This document shows positions 36,157 through 46,085 of a stretch of DNA of 64,000 bases, in pieces. Position 1 is the stretch's first letter. The number at the start of each line of letters is the position of its first letter. Origin of the DNA: an archaeon (GTDB lineage: Archaea > Nanobdellota > Nanobdellia > Pacearchaeales > GW2011-AR1); assembly GCA_030605415.1 (NCBI GenBank), contig JAUWIJ010000003.1:4441-68440 (forward strand), read 5' to 3'. The notes beneath the pieces were generated by a model, which was not told where the DNA came from, did not search any database, and saw only the letters and a list, made by a program, of their open reading frames with translations. Position numbers and translations under genes: made by a program.

Positions 36157-36537
36157 ATGCAAATCGAAAAAACAATTAGAAATTATCTGAAAGGATTAGA
36201 AGTCGGCTCTGCTGAAGAAATAATAAAACTTTTTTCCCCAGATGCTGTTGTTCATTCTCCTCTTTATGGAGAAATCCAAGCCAAAAAGTTTTATCAAAAT
36301 TTGTTTAAAGATACTTCGAAATCCAAAACTACCTTAATAAATATCTTTGTTAGTCAAAATAATTCTCAAATCGTCGCAGGGCATTTTCGTTATGATTGGA
36401 TTTTGAAAGATGGAACGCCGACTTCTTTTGAATGTGTTGACGTTTTTCGATTTGTTGAAGATGGTAAAATCAAAGAACTGACAATAATTTATGATACTTC
36501 TAAAATCAGAACTTCTTTTGAAGATATGAAAAAGTAA
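36157..36537 (+). CDS. SnoaL/NTF2-like fold protein
   Basis: 126 aa. The N-terminal IRNYLKGLEVGSAEEIIKLFSPDAVVHSP pattern is typical of SnoaL-like proteins. Confidence 0.5.
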   Translation: MQIEKTIRNYLKGLEVGSAEEIIKLFSPDAVVHSPLYGEIQAKKFYQNLFKDTSKSKTTLINIFVSQNNSQIVAGHFRYDWILKDGTPTSFECVDVFRFVEDGKIKELTIIYDTSKIRTSFEDMKK

Positions 36538-36555
36538 CGCTCGAATTTACAATTT

Positions 36556-36628
36556 CTTCGAAAAACTTCATTTTCTTCGACCACGCTACGCTCGGACTTC
36601 GTTAAATTCTGATGATATAAATTTAACG
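36556..36628. repeat. short relative of the 32130-32340 element
   Basis: It shares tcgaccacgct[a/g]cgctc and acttcgttaaattc. It also carries the inverted pair cgttaaatt (36600) and aatttaacg (36620). Confidence 0.5.
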
Positions 36629-36671
36629 CAATATTTTCATCTCCCCATAAATAAATATCTTTAACATTTCA

Positions 36672-37265
36672 TCACCCCAAATAATCCTTCAAAATCTTTT
36701 TCCCCAATTTCTTATTATAAATTTTTAAATATTTCATTAATTTTTTCTCATCAATTTTCTCCCGGAATTTCCCTAAGACATCCTCACTAATTTTTTGTTT
36801 AAATAAAAACATATCAATAAAAGTCTTTTCCAAATCTGAATACGGAAGGCAAAATCCTCCATCATCTAAATAATCAATCCCAAACATAAATTCTTTTTTT
36901 GTGCTTCTAACCAAAACATTTCCCCCAAGGACTTTCCTGATTCCCACCCTGACTTTTTTCGGAGTTATTACTATTGGGATTGTTTCCTGTTCCCATAAAC
37001 CATAAAAACTTAAAGCAGACTGCAAACCCAAATAGGCAGGAAAACAAAGAACTATCAAACTATTATCATTGTGTTTTGTATAATACCCTTTTGCGATTTT
37101 TTTTATCTCCCCGGATTTTAAAAGATTATGAACAACAAGTTTCGCATAATTACTCTTAGAATTTTTTCTTTCAAATCGGACAATTCTCTCTATAGATTTA
37201 AAATCTACGACAAGACTTTTCTCAAATAAATTTCTTATTCTCTCTAAATGTTTGGATTTTCCCAT
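36672..37265 (-). CDS. AbiEi-like antitoxin / transcriptional regulator (type IV TA)
   Basis: An N-terminal wHTH-like region (LVVHNLLKSGEIKKIAKGYYT) is followed by AYLGLQSALSFYGL, which is typical of AbiEi. It overlaps the NTase gene by 22 nt. Confidence 0.55.
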   Translation of the reverse strand: MGKSKHLERIRNLFEKSLVVDFKSIERIVRFERKNSKSNYAKLVVHNLLKSGEIKKIAKGYYTKHNDNSLIVLCFPAYLGLQSALSFYGLWEQETIPIVITPKKVRVGIRKVLGGNVLVRSTKKEFMFGIDYLDDGGFCLPYSDLEKTFIDMFLFKQKISEDVLGKFREKIDEKKLMKYLKIYNKKLGKKILKDYLG

Positions 37266-37897
37266 TTTCTTTTTATGTATTCTTTTAGTTCATTAAAATT
37301 AGGGACAACTCCCTCCAAAAGAAGAACCTTAAGATCTTCTACATCCTCCGGAATATCTTTCTCATCAATTACTTTTTTTATGTTTTTATCAATCAAAGAG
37401 ACATTGCCAACCAACCTCATCAAGAAAAAAACGTCGTAAATATCCCTAATTTTTTTTCTACTAAGATAGGTCTTAATTTTTTCATTTAATAATTGTTCAA
37501 CAGCTAAACCATAAATAGAAATAATAGTCCCATCCACTTTTTCATAATCCAAAAGAACCCCCTTAATATTTTGAAAGGTAGCTTCTAATTTCACAGAAAC
37601 CCGACCATACTTTAGCTCTGAATAAACACTCCTGTCGGAAATTTTCTTCTTCTTAATCTCAAAACCTTTATTTTCCAAATTCTTAAATAATTTCTCTATC
37701 AAACTTTTATTCTTCGGAAAATAAAAATCTAAATCTTCGGAAAATCTTTTCCCACCATAACATCTCCAAATACAGGTTCCGCCATGAAAAACCGTAGAAG
37801 GAATTACTTTAATGGTCTCCTCAATGAGTATATCCTGAGCAAAGGCTATATTTTTATGTAATTCTTTCCTTATTCTGGAAATTAATGGCAATTTCAT
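37244..37897 (-). CDS. AbiEii/DUF1814-family nucleotidyltransferase toxin
   Basis: FHGGTCIWRCYGGKRFSEDLDFY matches the GGT...R.SEDLDF motif of AbiEii. Confidence 0.75.
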   Translation of the reverse strand: MKLPLISRIRKELHKNIAFAQDILIEETIKVIPSTVFHGGTCIWRCYGGKRFSEDLDFYFPKNKSLIEKLFKNLENKGFEIKKKKISDRSVYSELKYGRVSVKLEATFQNIKGVLLDYEKVDGTIISIYGLAVEQLLNEKIKTYLSRKKIRDIYDVFFLMRLVGNVSLIDKNIKKVIDEKDIPEDVEDLKVLLLEGVVPNFNELKEYIKRKWENPNI

Positions 37898-38004
37898 AAT
37901 ATTGACAAAAGTTATACATTTATATATCTTTCGTTACTCTTAGAATAAGGGTGTGCCATAATATCTAACACCAACTTTAATAAACTGATTTCTTATATAC
38001 TCTT

Positions 38005-39099
38005 ATGGATGAAGCACAAAAATTTGAATTAGAATCTCTCGTTGAGGAGTTGGAGAGTTACCGAGGCAGACATACAGAACTAATCACAGTCTTAATTCCA
38101 GCCGGAGCAACGCTGACTCAGACAACAAAACAACTTGAAGATGAAAAGGGAACGGCGACAAATATCAAATCAAGTGGCACAAGAAAAAATGTGATTAATG
38201 CACTCGAGCGAGCGGTTAGAAAATTGAAAGAAATTGGACGAACTCCGGAAAATGGATTGGCGTTATTCTCAGGAAATGTAACAATGGCCGACGGGAGAGA
38301 ATCTCTGGAAGTTTGGGCAATTGAACCCCCTAAAAAATTAAAAATTAAAATCTACAGATGTGACCAGACATTTGTCTTAGAGCCATTAAAAGACATGCTC
38401 GAAACAGACGAAGTTTATGGACTTTTAATTATTGAAAGAAACGAAGCAACAATTGGACTTCTCGATGGGAAGCACATAAAAAAATTGCAGAATATGACAT
38501 CGGGAATTCCGGGAAAAACGCGAGCGGGGGGACAAAGCGCTCAACGTTTCGCCCGTATCAGAGAATCCGCGGCGAAAGAGTTTTTCAAGCGAGTGGCCGA
38601 GGCAATGAAAAAACATTTTTGGGACAATAAAAAATTAAAGGGGATTCTCGTCGGTGGACCAATTCCAACAAAAGATGAATTTTTAGAGCAGGGTCAGTTA
38701 GTAACCGCCCTAAAAGATAAAGTAATCGCGGTGAGAGATATCGGCGGAACTGGAATGCACGGACTTCAAGAACTTGTCGAACGATGCCAAGACATTTTAG
38801 CCGAACAAGAAATCACAAAGCAAAGATTAATTCTGGATTTGTTTTTCGAAAAATTAGCAAAAGAACCGAATAAAGTTTCATACGGCGAAGCCGAAGTCGA
38901 AGACCGATTAAATCGAGGAGCAGTAGAAAAACTAATCATTTCAAAATCGCTTTCAAGAGAAAAAGTCAAAATGTTAGAAAATTTAGCAAAAGCATCATCC
39001 ACAGAAATCCACATCGTAACAAACGAAACCGCAGAAGGAGTTCAGTTTGATAATTTAGGTGGCGTAGCAGGAATATTAAGATTTGAAATTCACGATTAA
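38005..39099 (+). CDS. prf1: peptide chain release factor aRF1
   Basis: It has the NIKS motif (TATNIKSSG) and the GGQ motif (RAGGQSAQRFARIRE). Confidence 0.9.
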   Translation: MDEAQKFELESLVEELESYRGRHTELITVLIPAGATLTQTTKQLEDEKGTATNIKSSGTRKNVINALERAVRKLKEIGRTPENGLALFSGNVTMADGRESLEVWAIEPPKKLKIKIYRCDQTFVLEPLKDMLETDEVYGLLIIERNEATIGLLDGKHIKKLQNMTSGIPGKTRAGGQSAQRFARIRESAAKEFFKRVAEAMKKHFWDNKKLKGILVGGPIPTKDEFLEQGQLVTALKDKVIAVRDIGGTGMHGLQELVERCQDILAEQEITKQRLILDLFFEKLAKEPNKVSYGEAEVEDRLNRGAVEKLIISKSLSREKVKMLENLAKASSTEIHIVTNETAEGVQFDNLGGVAGILRFEIHD

Positions 39100-39149
39100 T
39101 TTATTTTAGCCTAAATATTTATATATAGATTACATCTCCAATTTACTAC

Positions 39150-40412
39150 ATGAATAAAAAACTTTTAACAATTGGAATAATAATTCTTATGGCTACTATA
39201 GTAGTTGCTACAATAGGATTATTTCTTTATCCATATTCCCCAGACCGGCCTCCAAGTACAGATGATACTGGTTCAACTCAACAAGGAATCCAACAAGTTG
39301 TAAATGCAAACAACCAATTTGCTTTTGATTTATATTCAGAATTAAATAAAGATTCAGATAGTAATATTTTTTATTCTCCTTATAGCATCTCTGCCGCTTT
39401 AGCAATGACTTATGAAGGCGCAAAAGGACAAACGGCAGACGAAATGAAATCTGTTTTTCATTTCCCAGAAAATAATATATTAAGACCAAATTTTGCAACA
39501 ATTTATAATAATATTAATGAGGGAAATAATGATTACGAATTAAAAACAGGAAATGCCTTGTGGGTTCAACAAGATTATCCTTTTCTTGAAAATTATACAA
39601 GCAGAGTTGAAAATTATTATGGAGGAAAAACAGCAAATTTAGATTTTATTAAAGAAACAGAAAAGTCCAGACAGACAATTAATAGTTTTATAGAAGAACA
39701 AACTAATAATAAAATTAAAGATTTAATTCCTCAGGGCGTTCTTAATGAGCTGACAAGATTAGTTCTTACAAATGCAATTTATTTTAAGGGAACATGGGAA
39801 TGGGAATTTGACAAATCTGATACTCGTGAACAGGATTTTAAAATAACAGAAAATAATATAGTTAAAGTTCCAATGATGTCCATGAAAAATGATAAAGCAA
39901 TGTTTAATTATGCCGACACTGAAGACTTACAAATCTTAGAATTATCATATAAGGGTGAAGATATTTCTATGTTAATCCTTTTACCAACAGAAAATCTTGA
40001 TAGTATAGAATCTTCTTTAACAACAGAAAAACTTAATGAATACAAAAATCAAATGAAAGAGACAAAATTAGATGCTATTTATTTACCTAAATTTGAATTT
40101 GATTCAAAATATACTTTAAATGAAAATTTGAGGGCTTTAGGAATGCCAACTGCTTTTTCTGACAGCAATGCTGATTTTTCTGGAATGACTGGAAATAGAG
40201 AATTATTTATTAGCGCAGTAATCCACCAGGCTTTTGTCAAAGTTGATGAAAAGGGAACAGAAGCAGCAGCCGCAACAGGAGTTGTAATGCAACTAAAAAG
40301 TGCTCCAATGCCAAAAAATATATTTAGAGCAGACCACCCATTTATATTCATTATACAAGAAAAAGAAACAGGTAATATTTTATTTTTGGGAAGAGTTATT
40401 GACCCTCGATAA
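39150..40412 (+). CDS. serpin (serine protease inhibitor) with an N-terminal membrane anchor
   Basis: The evidence is FYSPYSISAALAMTYEGAKGQT, the hinge DEKGTEAAAATGVVM, and FRADHPFIFIIQE. Confidence 0.9.
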   Translation: MNKKLLTIGIIILMATIVVATIGLFLYPYSPDRPPSTDDTGSTQQGIQQVVNANNQFAFDLYSELNKDSDSNIFYSPYSISAALAMTYEGAKGQTADEMKSVFHFPENNILRPNFATIYNNINEGNNDYELKTGNALWVQQDYPFLENYTSRVENYYGGKTANLDFIKETEKSRQTINSFIEEQTNNKIKDLIPQGVLNELTRLVLTNAIYFKGTWEWEFDKSDTREQDFKITENNIVKVPMMSMKNDKAMFNYADTEDLQILELSYKGEDISMLILLPTENLDSIESSLTTEKLNEYKNQMKETKLDAIYLPKFEFDSKYTLNENLRALGMPTAFSDSNADFSGMTGNRELFISAVIHQAFVKVDEKGTEAAAATGVVMQLKSAPMPKNIFRADHPFIFIIQEKETGNILFLGRVIDPR

Positions 40413-40415
40413 TCT

Positions 40416-40943
40416 TCAAAATATTCTCACAATCCAATTCGGAAAAATTCCCGTATCTCCGCAATGATAAACCTTATGAAAAATCTGATTCCAAATTAAA
40501 TCAACTTTCATTCTATCTTTAATCCAATTATTTTCATTTGTCCATGCTAACTGCGGTGGCTTAAACCTCGTCGGTTTAACTCCAAAACACTCTTCAAAAA
40601 TCTCAACTCCCTCGTCCAAATATTCAAAATCTCGAACAATTCCAAATTCTTCAAACGAATGATAAACCCCATGCATCGCCAATTTTTTATCCCAACTACC
40701 AACTCCCAACTCCGAACCAGATAAAGAAGCTCTCCTCTTTATCTCCTCACACCATTCTCTATCAATCGACACATTTTCAAACTTCGGAATCACATAATAA
40801 ACGTCCGCCCAATCTAATAACTTTTCCTCGCAAAAAATTTCTGGCGAAACATCGTCAAGATGGCTCGGCAAAACCAATCGAACAAAAAATAAACAAATTA
40901 TACACCCAACAAACCCAATCGCAAAATACTGCCAAACCTTCAT
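40416..40943 (-). CDS. DUF2334-like (polysaccharide deacetylase-like) membrane-anchored protein
   Basis: It has an N-terminal TM, LAMHGVYHSFEEFG, and a small repeat-derived insert. The family assignment is tentative. Confidence 0.4.
   Translation of the reverse strand: MKVWQYFAIGFVGCIICLFFVRLVLPSHLDDVSPEIFCEEKLLDWADVYYVIPKFENVSIDREWCEEIKRRASLSGSELGVGSWDKKLAMHGVYHSFEEFGIVRDFEYLDEGVEIFEECFGVKPTRFKPPQLAWTNENNWIKDRMKVDLIWNQIFHKVYHCGDTGIFPNWIVRIF
40691..40718 (+). repeat. CCCAACT/ACTACCA heptamer patch inside the CDS
   Basis: cccaactaccaactcccaactccgaacc encodes SGSELGVGSW. Confidence 0.75.
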
Positions 40944-40993
40944 GAAAAAGGCAAGTCAGCAATCTTTTAAAACTCTTTCATCTAACAAGTTGC

Positions 40994-41563
40994 ATGGATG
41001 AACAACCCGTCAACCCAAAAGTTATTACTGAATCTACAGCAAAAGAATTGGATAATGTTTTTGAAAATAAAGAACGAGATTCGACCGAAAAAGTTGAAGC
41101 CGCACTTTTCATAGCAGGCCGTTTTTTGAGCCTTCAGGAATTAATTATGCTAACAGACGTAAATCCAATTATGCTCAAAGGAATTCTTAATAGACTCGAA
41201 AAAAAATATTCCACAGGAGTTTTAAGATTAATAAGCCGAGGTAATTCGTGGAAAATGGACGTCGCAGAAAAACATCATTATCTAATTAATAAACTGGCAA
41301 CGGGCAACGCTGAATTCACAAAAGCCGAACAGGAAACTCTCGCAATTATTGCATATAAGCAACCAATCAAACAATCAGTGATAATTAAAATACGGGGAAA
41401 TAAATCTTACGACCACATCAAAAAATTCCGTCAGCTCGGTCTTATCACCGCGAAACGAGTCGGACACACCCTCGATATCTCACTCTCCGAAGAATTTTAC
41501 GAATACTTTAATGTGCATGATGTCAAAAAATCAGAACCTAAAGACAAAACAGGAACCGAATAA
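40994..41563 (+). CDS. scpB: segregation and condensation protein B (ScpB)
   Basis: VEAALFIAGRFLSLQELIMLTD is followed by a second wHTH (AEQETLAIIAYKQPI). Confidence 0.75.
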   Translation: MDEQPVNPKVITESTAKELDNVFENKERDSTEKVEAALFIAGRFLSLQELIMLTDVNPIMLKGILNRLEKKYSTGVLRLISRGNSWKMDVAEKHHYLINKLATGNAEFTKAEQETLAIIAYKQPIKQSVIIKIRGNKSYDHIKKFRQLGLITAKRVGHTLDISLSEEFYEYFNVHDVKKSEPKDKTGTE

Positions 41564-42795
41564 TGGAATTTTTAACAATCTTATATCTAACATACACATT
41601 TATAGCGTTCTATTTTCTGATAATATACATTTTAACTTACATTCAAAACCAAAAACAAATATACGAAGTAATCAAGCCCGACAAAATTCGTTCATTAAGT
41701 ATAGTTATTCCCTGCTTCAATGAGGAAAAAAACATCGGCAAAAACATCGAGGCATTCTTAGCATCAGATTACAAAGGGCTAAAGAAATTAATTATTGTCG
41801 ACGACTGCAGCACAGATAATTCTTACGAAATAGTAAAACAGTATGCAAAAAAATATCCAAAAGTTATGGCTTTACAAACGCCGAAAAATACCGGGAGAGC
41901 AGCTGGTGCAAAAAATTTTGGAATTAAATATGTCCGAACCGAATTAATTGGTTTCAGCGACGCAGATTCATTGCCAGACAAAAACGCAATTTTAAAAATG
42001 GTTGGTTTTTTCAATGATTCAAAAGTTGGCGGCGTCACATCAAGAGTATTTGTAAATAATCCGCAAAATTACTTAACAAGAGCTCAGGCAATAGAATATA
42101 AAATAATTGCATTCACAAGAAAACTACTGGGATTTTTAGATTCAATCTATGTAACTAACGGACCGCTCAGCATTTACAGGAAAAAAGCTTTTGACCAAAC
42201 TGGCGGATTTGACGAAAACAATTTAACCGAAGACATCGAACTAACATGGCATCTCGTATCAAAGGGCTGGAAAATCCACATGTCAATTTCGGCAACCGTC
42301 CGCTCATTTGTTCCAACAACGGTCAAAACATGGTTCCGTCAGAGAATAAGATGGAACGTCGGAGGCATGCAAACCGTCGCAAAATACAGAAAAAAAATCC
42401 TTCAATGCGGAATGCTCGGCTACTTTATAATACCCCTCTTCACACTCTCGTGGTTTCTCGGATTAACCGGTCTGCTTTTTCTCAGCTATCGCCTGACTAA
42501 ATACATCATGATGAAATTCCTCGTAGCCAAATATTCTGTAGCCGCTCAGGTTGCAATAATCTCAATGGAAGACATAAATCTCAACCCAAGTATCCTATTC
42601 TTCTTCGGAATGGTTCTGTTCACTTTCGGTTTCATCTACACAATCACCGCCCTCTCTTATTCAAAAGAACACGGACGATTCATAGGACATCCAATCCGCG
42701 ACATATTTATATACTCGCTTTTCTATTTACTTATGTATCCGCCGTTATTAATTATAGCGTTTTATAAATATCTTCGTGGCTACAACACATGGTAA
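41563..42795 (+). CDS. processive family 2 glycosyltransferase (PgaC/chitin-synthase-like, multi-TM)
   Basis: The evidence is SIVIPCFNEEKNI, VDDCSTDNS, FSDADS and the RQRIRW (QxxRW) motif, with N- and C-terminal TM helices. Confidence 0.8.
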   Translation: MEFLTILYLTYTFIAFYFLIIYILTYIQNQKQIYEVIKPDKIRSLSIVIPCFNEEKNIGKNIEAFLASDYKGLKKLIIVDDCSTDNSYEIVKQYAKKYPKVMALQTPKNTGRAAGAKNFGIKYVRTELIGFSDADSLPDKNAILKMVGFFNDSKVGGVTSRVFVNNPQNYLTRAQAIEYKIIAFTRKLLGFLDSIYVTNGPLSIYRKKAFDQTGGFDENNLTEDIELTWHLVSKGWKIHMSISATVRSFVPTTVKTWFRQRIRWNVGGMQTVAKYRKKILQCGMLGYFIIPLFTLSWFLGLTGLLFLSYRLTKYIMMKFLVAKYSVAAQVAIISMEDINLNPSILFFFGMVLFTFGFIYTITALSYSKEHGRFIGHPIRDIFIYSLFYLLMYPPLLIIAFYKYLRGYNTW

Positions 42796-42796
42796 A

Positions 42797-43447
42797 ATGC
42801 TGAAAAGTAAAAAACACGTATTTTGGGAAGCTCTCGCTATGACGATAGTAATTTTTTTAGCAGGAATATTTCTTGGAATATTAATCGAAACAAGTAACTC
42901 AAACAAAATTAGTAATTTATATTTACAATCGGAAATAAGCCTCGCAGATGCAATGGCAAGTTCAGAATTAGCCGAAAATTTCGATTTTAATTGTGATGCA
43001 ATAAAACAAAATAATATTGATTTCGCAGACCGAATTTATGAAGAAGCAAAACTTTTAGAAAAATACGAAGAATCAGGAAAACTAACAGATAGTATGAAAC
43101 TCTTACATAAAAAATACGATTTGTTAAGAACACTTCTTTGGACAAGCAATCAAAATTCTCTAAAAAGATGCAACAATTACAATTTAATAGTTTATCTTTA
43201 CGAGTATGAATCCGAAGATATAATAAAAAAAGCAGTTCAAAATGTTTGGTCAAAAATCATATTAGACGTGAAAATTCAGAACGATGACATTTTACTTTTG
43301 CCAATCGCGGCAGACCAAAATTTGACATCATTAAATCTAATAATCGACAAACACGACATAACACAATTCCCGGCGATAGTAATAAATAACGACAAAATAT
43401 TATATGACCTCGAGAGCGTCGCATCAATAGAAGAATATCTCAACTAA
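42797..43447 (+). CDS. membrane-anchored hypothetical protein
   Basis: The ATG at 42797 lies just after the GT2 stop (the track start 42776 is GTG). It has one TM. The C-terminal FPAIVINNDKILYD is loosely thioredoxin-fold-like but lacks CxxC. Confidence 0.4.
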   Translation: MLKSKKHVFWEALAMTIVIFLAGIFLGILIETSNSNKISNLYLQSEISLADAMASSELAENFDFNCDAIKQNNIDFADRIYEEAKLLEKYEESGKLTDSMKLLHKKYDLLRTLLWTSNQNSLKRCNNYNLIVYLYEYESEDIIKKAVQNVWSKIILDVKIQNDDILLLPIAADQNLTSLNLIIDKHDITQFPAIVINNDKILYDLESVASIEEYLN

Positions 43448-43500
43448 CATATACATCCAATTACATATTTATTTAAAAATAACTTTTTCTTTCTAAATCA

Positions 43501-44280
43501 ATGAGATGCGCGATATGTAAAAAAACTTCAGACGAAATTAAACTATTTGAAGGAATTCACAATGCAGAAATGATAAACGTCTGTGAAGAGTGTGCAGAAT
43601 CTGAAAAAATTCCATTAATCAAGAAGCCATCCGAATCACAATTAAACAAAGCCGACGAGCGTTATTCTGTCCGTGAGCGAATGGAACGAATGTCGGGAAT
43701 GCATGACATCACAGAAATAAGTCACGACCAAACAATTTCACAAGGTAGTCTGGCAAAACTTCGAATCCCGCCAAAAAAACAACACCATGAAGACATCATT
43801 GATAATTACTACTGGACACTAAACATCGCAAGAAGACGGGTGAAAATGAGCGTAGGACAACTGGCTGAAAAAATGAGAGTTGAGCCGCAAATAATTCAGA
43901 AAATAGAAAAAGGGAATCTGCCAGATGACTTTGAAGAAATCTTCATTAAACTTGAAGCTTTTCTTGGAATCAAACTTTTAAAAAACCATAAAGAAAAAAT
44001 TAATTTCGTCCGAACTCGTGACGAAGAACAAGAAATTTTAAATGGTGTTCGGAAGAAAATGAAAATCCCGGAATCATTCAAAGTAGATATTGAAAACAAA
44101 AAAACGCAATTAGACAAACTATCAAAAGGCGAAATCGATTTCTCACGAAAAGACAATTTGTCAGACATAACTCTTAACGATTTGGTTAATATAAAACAAA
44201 AGAAAGAGAAACAAAAAGCCAGAGCGAAAGAAAACGCAATGCTCGGTGACGATTTAGATTTGGAAACTGACGAGTTGTAA
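43501..44280 (+). CDS. zinc-ribbon plus HTH (XRE/MBF1-like) protein
   Basis: CAICKK...CEECAE is at the N-terminus. RRVKMSVGQLAEKMRVEPQIIQKIEKGN is the HTH. Confidence 0.45.
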   Translation: MRCAICKKTSDEIKLFEGIHNAEMINVCEECAESEKIPLIKKPSESQLNKADERYSVRERMERMSGMHDITEISHDQTISQGSLAKLRIPPKKQHHEDIIDNYYWTLNIARRRVKMSVGQLAEKMRVEPQIIQKIEKGNLPDDFEEIFIKLEAFLGIKLLKNHKEKINFVRTRDEEQEILNGVRKKMKIPESFKVDIENKKTQLDKLSKGEIDFSRKDNLSDITLNDLVNIKQKKEKQKARAKENAMLGDDLDLETDEL

Positions 44281-44330
44281 AGTCAATTTCTTAAATGATT
44301 AAATCTTTATCCATAACTCTTAACAACTCT

Positions 44331-44563
44331 TGGCGAGAACTCAGAACTCGACGAGAACTCAGATCTTAGAACTCAGATCTCAGAACTCAGAGGGGGCAAC
44401 CGACGAGGACAGGGATAGGAGAAGCGGGAACGGGGGGGCACACCCCCAGGGGTAGGGCTTTTGGGAGTGGTAATTCTAAGCTCTAAGAGTGAATGAAATG
44501 AACGGTCTCAGTTCTAAGTTCTATAGAGAGTGAAACGACCTGAGTTCTGGGAGCAAAGCGACC
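44331..44563 (+). mobile_element. MITE-like foldback element, copy B
   Basis: It has the same termini and ~108-nt core as 17361-17676. Arms of AGAACTC (left) and GAGTTCT (right) form long imperfect inverted repeats. Confidence 0.65.
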
Positions 44564-44568
44564 TAAAT

Positions 44569-45243
44569 TCATCCCAAATACCGAAGCCGCCCCGGTCGTG
44601 GCTCATAAATCAAACCCTCTTCCAACAGTTTTTTAACCTCAACATTAATCGCATCGGGACTTGCCTCGACATCCATAATTATAGTATCAACATCAATCCC
44701 GCCATCACTCTCGGCATCCCTAATTTTTTGCATAACCTCATTCTTCAACGCAGAATCTTTATTGTCCGTAGCTGGCATATCTTTCCGCGCATTCTGAATC
44801 TCTAACTTCCTAACTAACAGCCACCGAGTATCAACTTTTTTAAGAACTTCGGGAATCATATACAACTCACCATTCCACTCTCTCATATTCCCAATAATCT
44901 GCAAAGTATCTCCCTGCACAATCTCCTTTAACGGTTCAATATCCTCACCAAACGCCTTCAACTTCAACTGTCCCGAAGCATCATCAACCGTCAAAGACGC
45001 AAACTGCTTTACCTCCGAAGGAGGTACTTGCGAAGCGCGACTACCCTCCTGAATAAATTTATCAACACAATTAGCCAAAATATTAACCCGCACAACTTTC
45101 TTATCCCCCAACTCCAAAAACAAAAACCTCCCCTCGTTCATCATCGGCACGCCCTTCAAAACATCTCCAATCCGCAACTTATATGCAATATTTCTTTTCC
45201 TCTGTTCCGTAAAAGGCGCAGGCGCGCTATTTTCCCCTTCCAT
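44569..45243 (-). CDS. RPA32/Rpa2-like OB-fold ssDNA-binding protein with a C-terminal winged helix
   Basis: The OB region is RVNILANCVDKF...LTVDDASGQLKLKAFG...GNMREWNGELYM. The C-terminus is wHTH-like. Confidence 0.55.
   Translation of the reverse strand: MEGENSAPAPFTEQRKRNIAYKLRIGDVLKGVPMMNEGRFLFLELGDKKVVRVNILANCVDKFIQEGSRASQVPPSEVKQFASLTVDDASGQLKLKAFGEDIEPLKEIVQGDTLQIIGNMREWNGELYMIPEVLKKVDTRWLLVRKLEIQNARKDMPATDNKDSALKNEVMQKIRDAESDGGIDVDTIIMDVEASPDAINVEVKKLLEEGLIYEPRPGRLRYLG
45011..45050 (+). repeat. possible small GC-rich insert in the OB-fold gene
   Basis: acctccgaaggaggtacttgcgaagcgcgactaccctcct contains the CCTCC-GAA-GGAGG palindrome and a GCGAAGC core. Its membership of the family is weaker than for the others. 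Confidence 0.35.
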
Positions 45244-45361
45244 ATTTTGAAATATCTCTTAGGGTTTATAAGGATTATTGGGATTGAGTTAGAATAAATT
45301 ACAACATCTAATATAATCAATCCATAAATAATTATTAAACAAAAACACACTAAATTCTTTT

Positions 45362-46054
45362 TTAATAACAACCTCTTTGAGTTGTGGTAGCAGAAGTTGT
45401 AACAGATTTAACATTACAACCATTACAATATTTAACTCCTGGAGCATTAGCACTACATGATTCTGCTGCCTGATTGCTGAACTCATGACTCCCAGTGTTG
45501 CAAGTAATTGGAGAAGAGAAGCTTGCCCTACAAATATAAGGACCAGTGAATTGAGCGTCTCTGTAATACAGCTTGCATGTTGCTGAATTACTGGATGTAG
45601 TACTCCACTCTTTAAATCGTGCCCATCCTGTTGGGCAACTTGCAAATCTGCAGAGTTTATCTCCTCCACTGCTAACCACTGTTCCGCCTAAATTAGTGCA
45701 TTGTGTGCTACTATGAATTCCATAAACTAAATCAAACTGAGTTGAAGTTACTCCGGTTACATCTTTACAAACAACTTTGCCAGTGGTGAAATCAATTTTT
45801 ACAATAGCTTTAGCTCCACAATCATAAACACCGAGTTCTCTTTGAAAGTCATTACATCTCCAACTGCTTCCACTCCATTCTAAAACCTGTCCACTCCCAC
45901 AACCAGCTGGAGGAGCAACTTGAGTTATCAAATGCCCTGGATTTGGAGCAACTCCTGGGGTCAAAGCATAAACAACACCGACGACCAACACAGCAACTAA
46001 CAAAACTATCAAAGTAATATTTTTCTTCCCCAACTCAATTTTCAAACTTGGCAT
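45362..46054 (-). CDS. Cys-rich secreted or anchored protein
   Basis: 230 aa with an N-terminal TM (ITLIVLLVAVLVVGVVYA), then a PNPGH motif and more than 16 Cys. No family recognised. Confidence 0.5.
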   Translation of the reverse strand: MPSLKIELGKKNITLIVLLVAVLVVGVVYALTPGVAPNPGHLITQVAPPAGCGSGQVLEWSGSSWRCNDFQRELGVYDCGAKAIVKIDFTTGKVVCKDVTGVTSTQFDLVYGIHSSTQCTNLGGTVVSSGGDKLCRFASCPTGWARFKEWSTTSSNSATCKLYYRDAQFTGPYICRASFSSPITCNTGSHEFSNQAAESCSANAPGVKYCNGCNVKSVTTSATTTQRGCY

Positions 46055-46085
46055 ATAAATATCAACAATATGTTATATATAAACA

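Noticed and set aside
36601-36640. A TGATGA box C-like motif after the SnoaL-like gene.
   Set aside because: It is a single hexamer inside a hairpin loop of the repeat element. There is no paired D box or terminal stem.
45289-45669. ORF 45289..45669 overlapping the Cys-rich protein gene.
   Set aside because: It is an alternative frame on the same strand. It lacks a signal or promoter and is shorter than the 45362..46054 frame, which has a coherent anchor plus Cys-rich domain.
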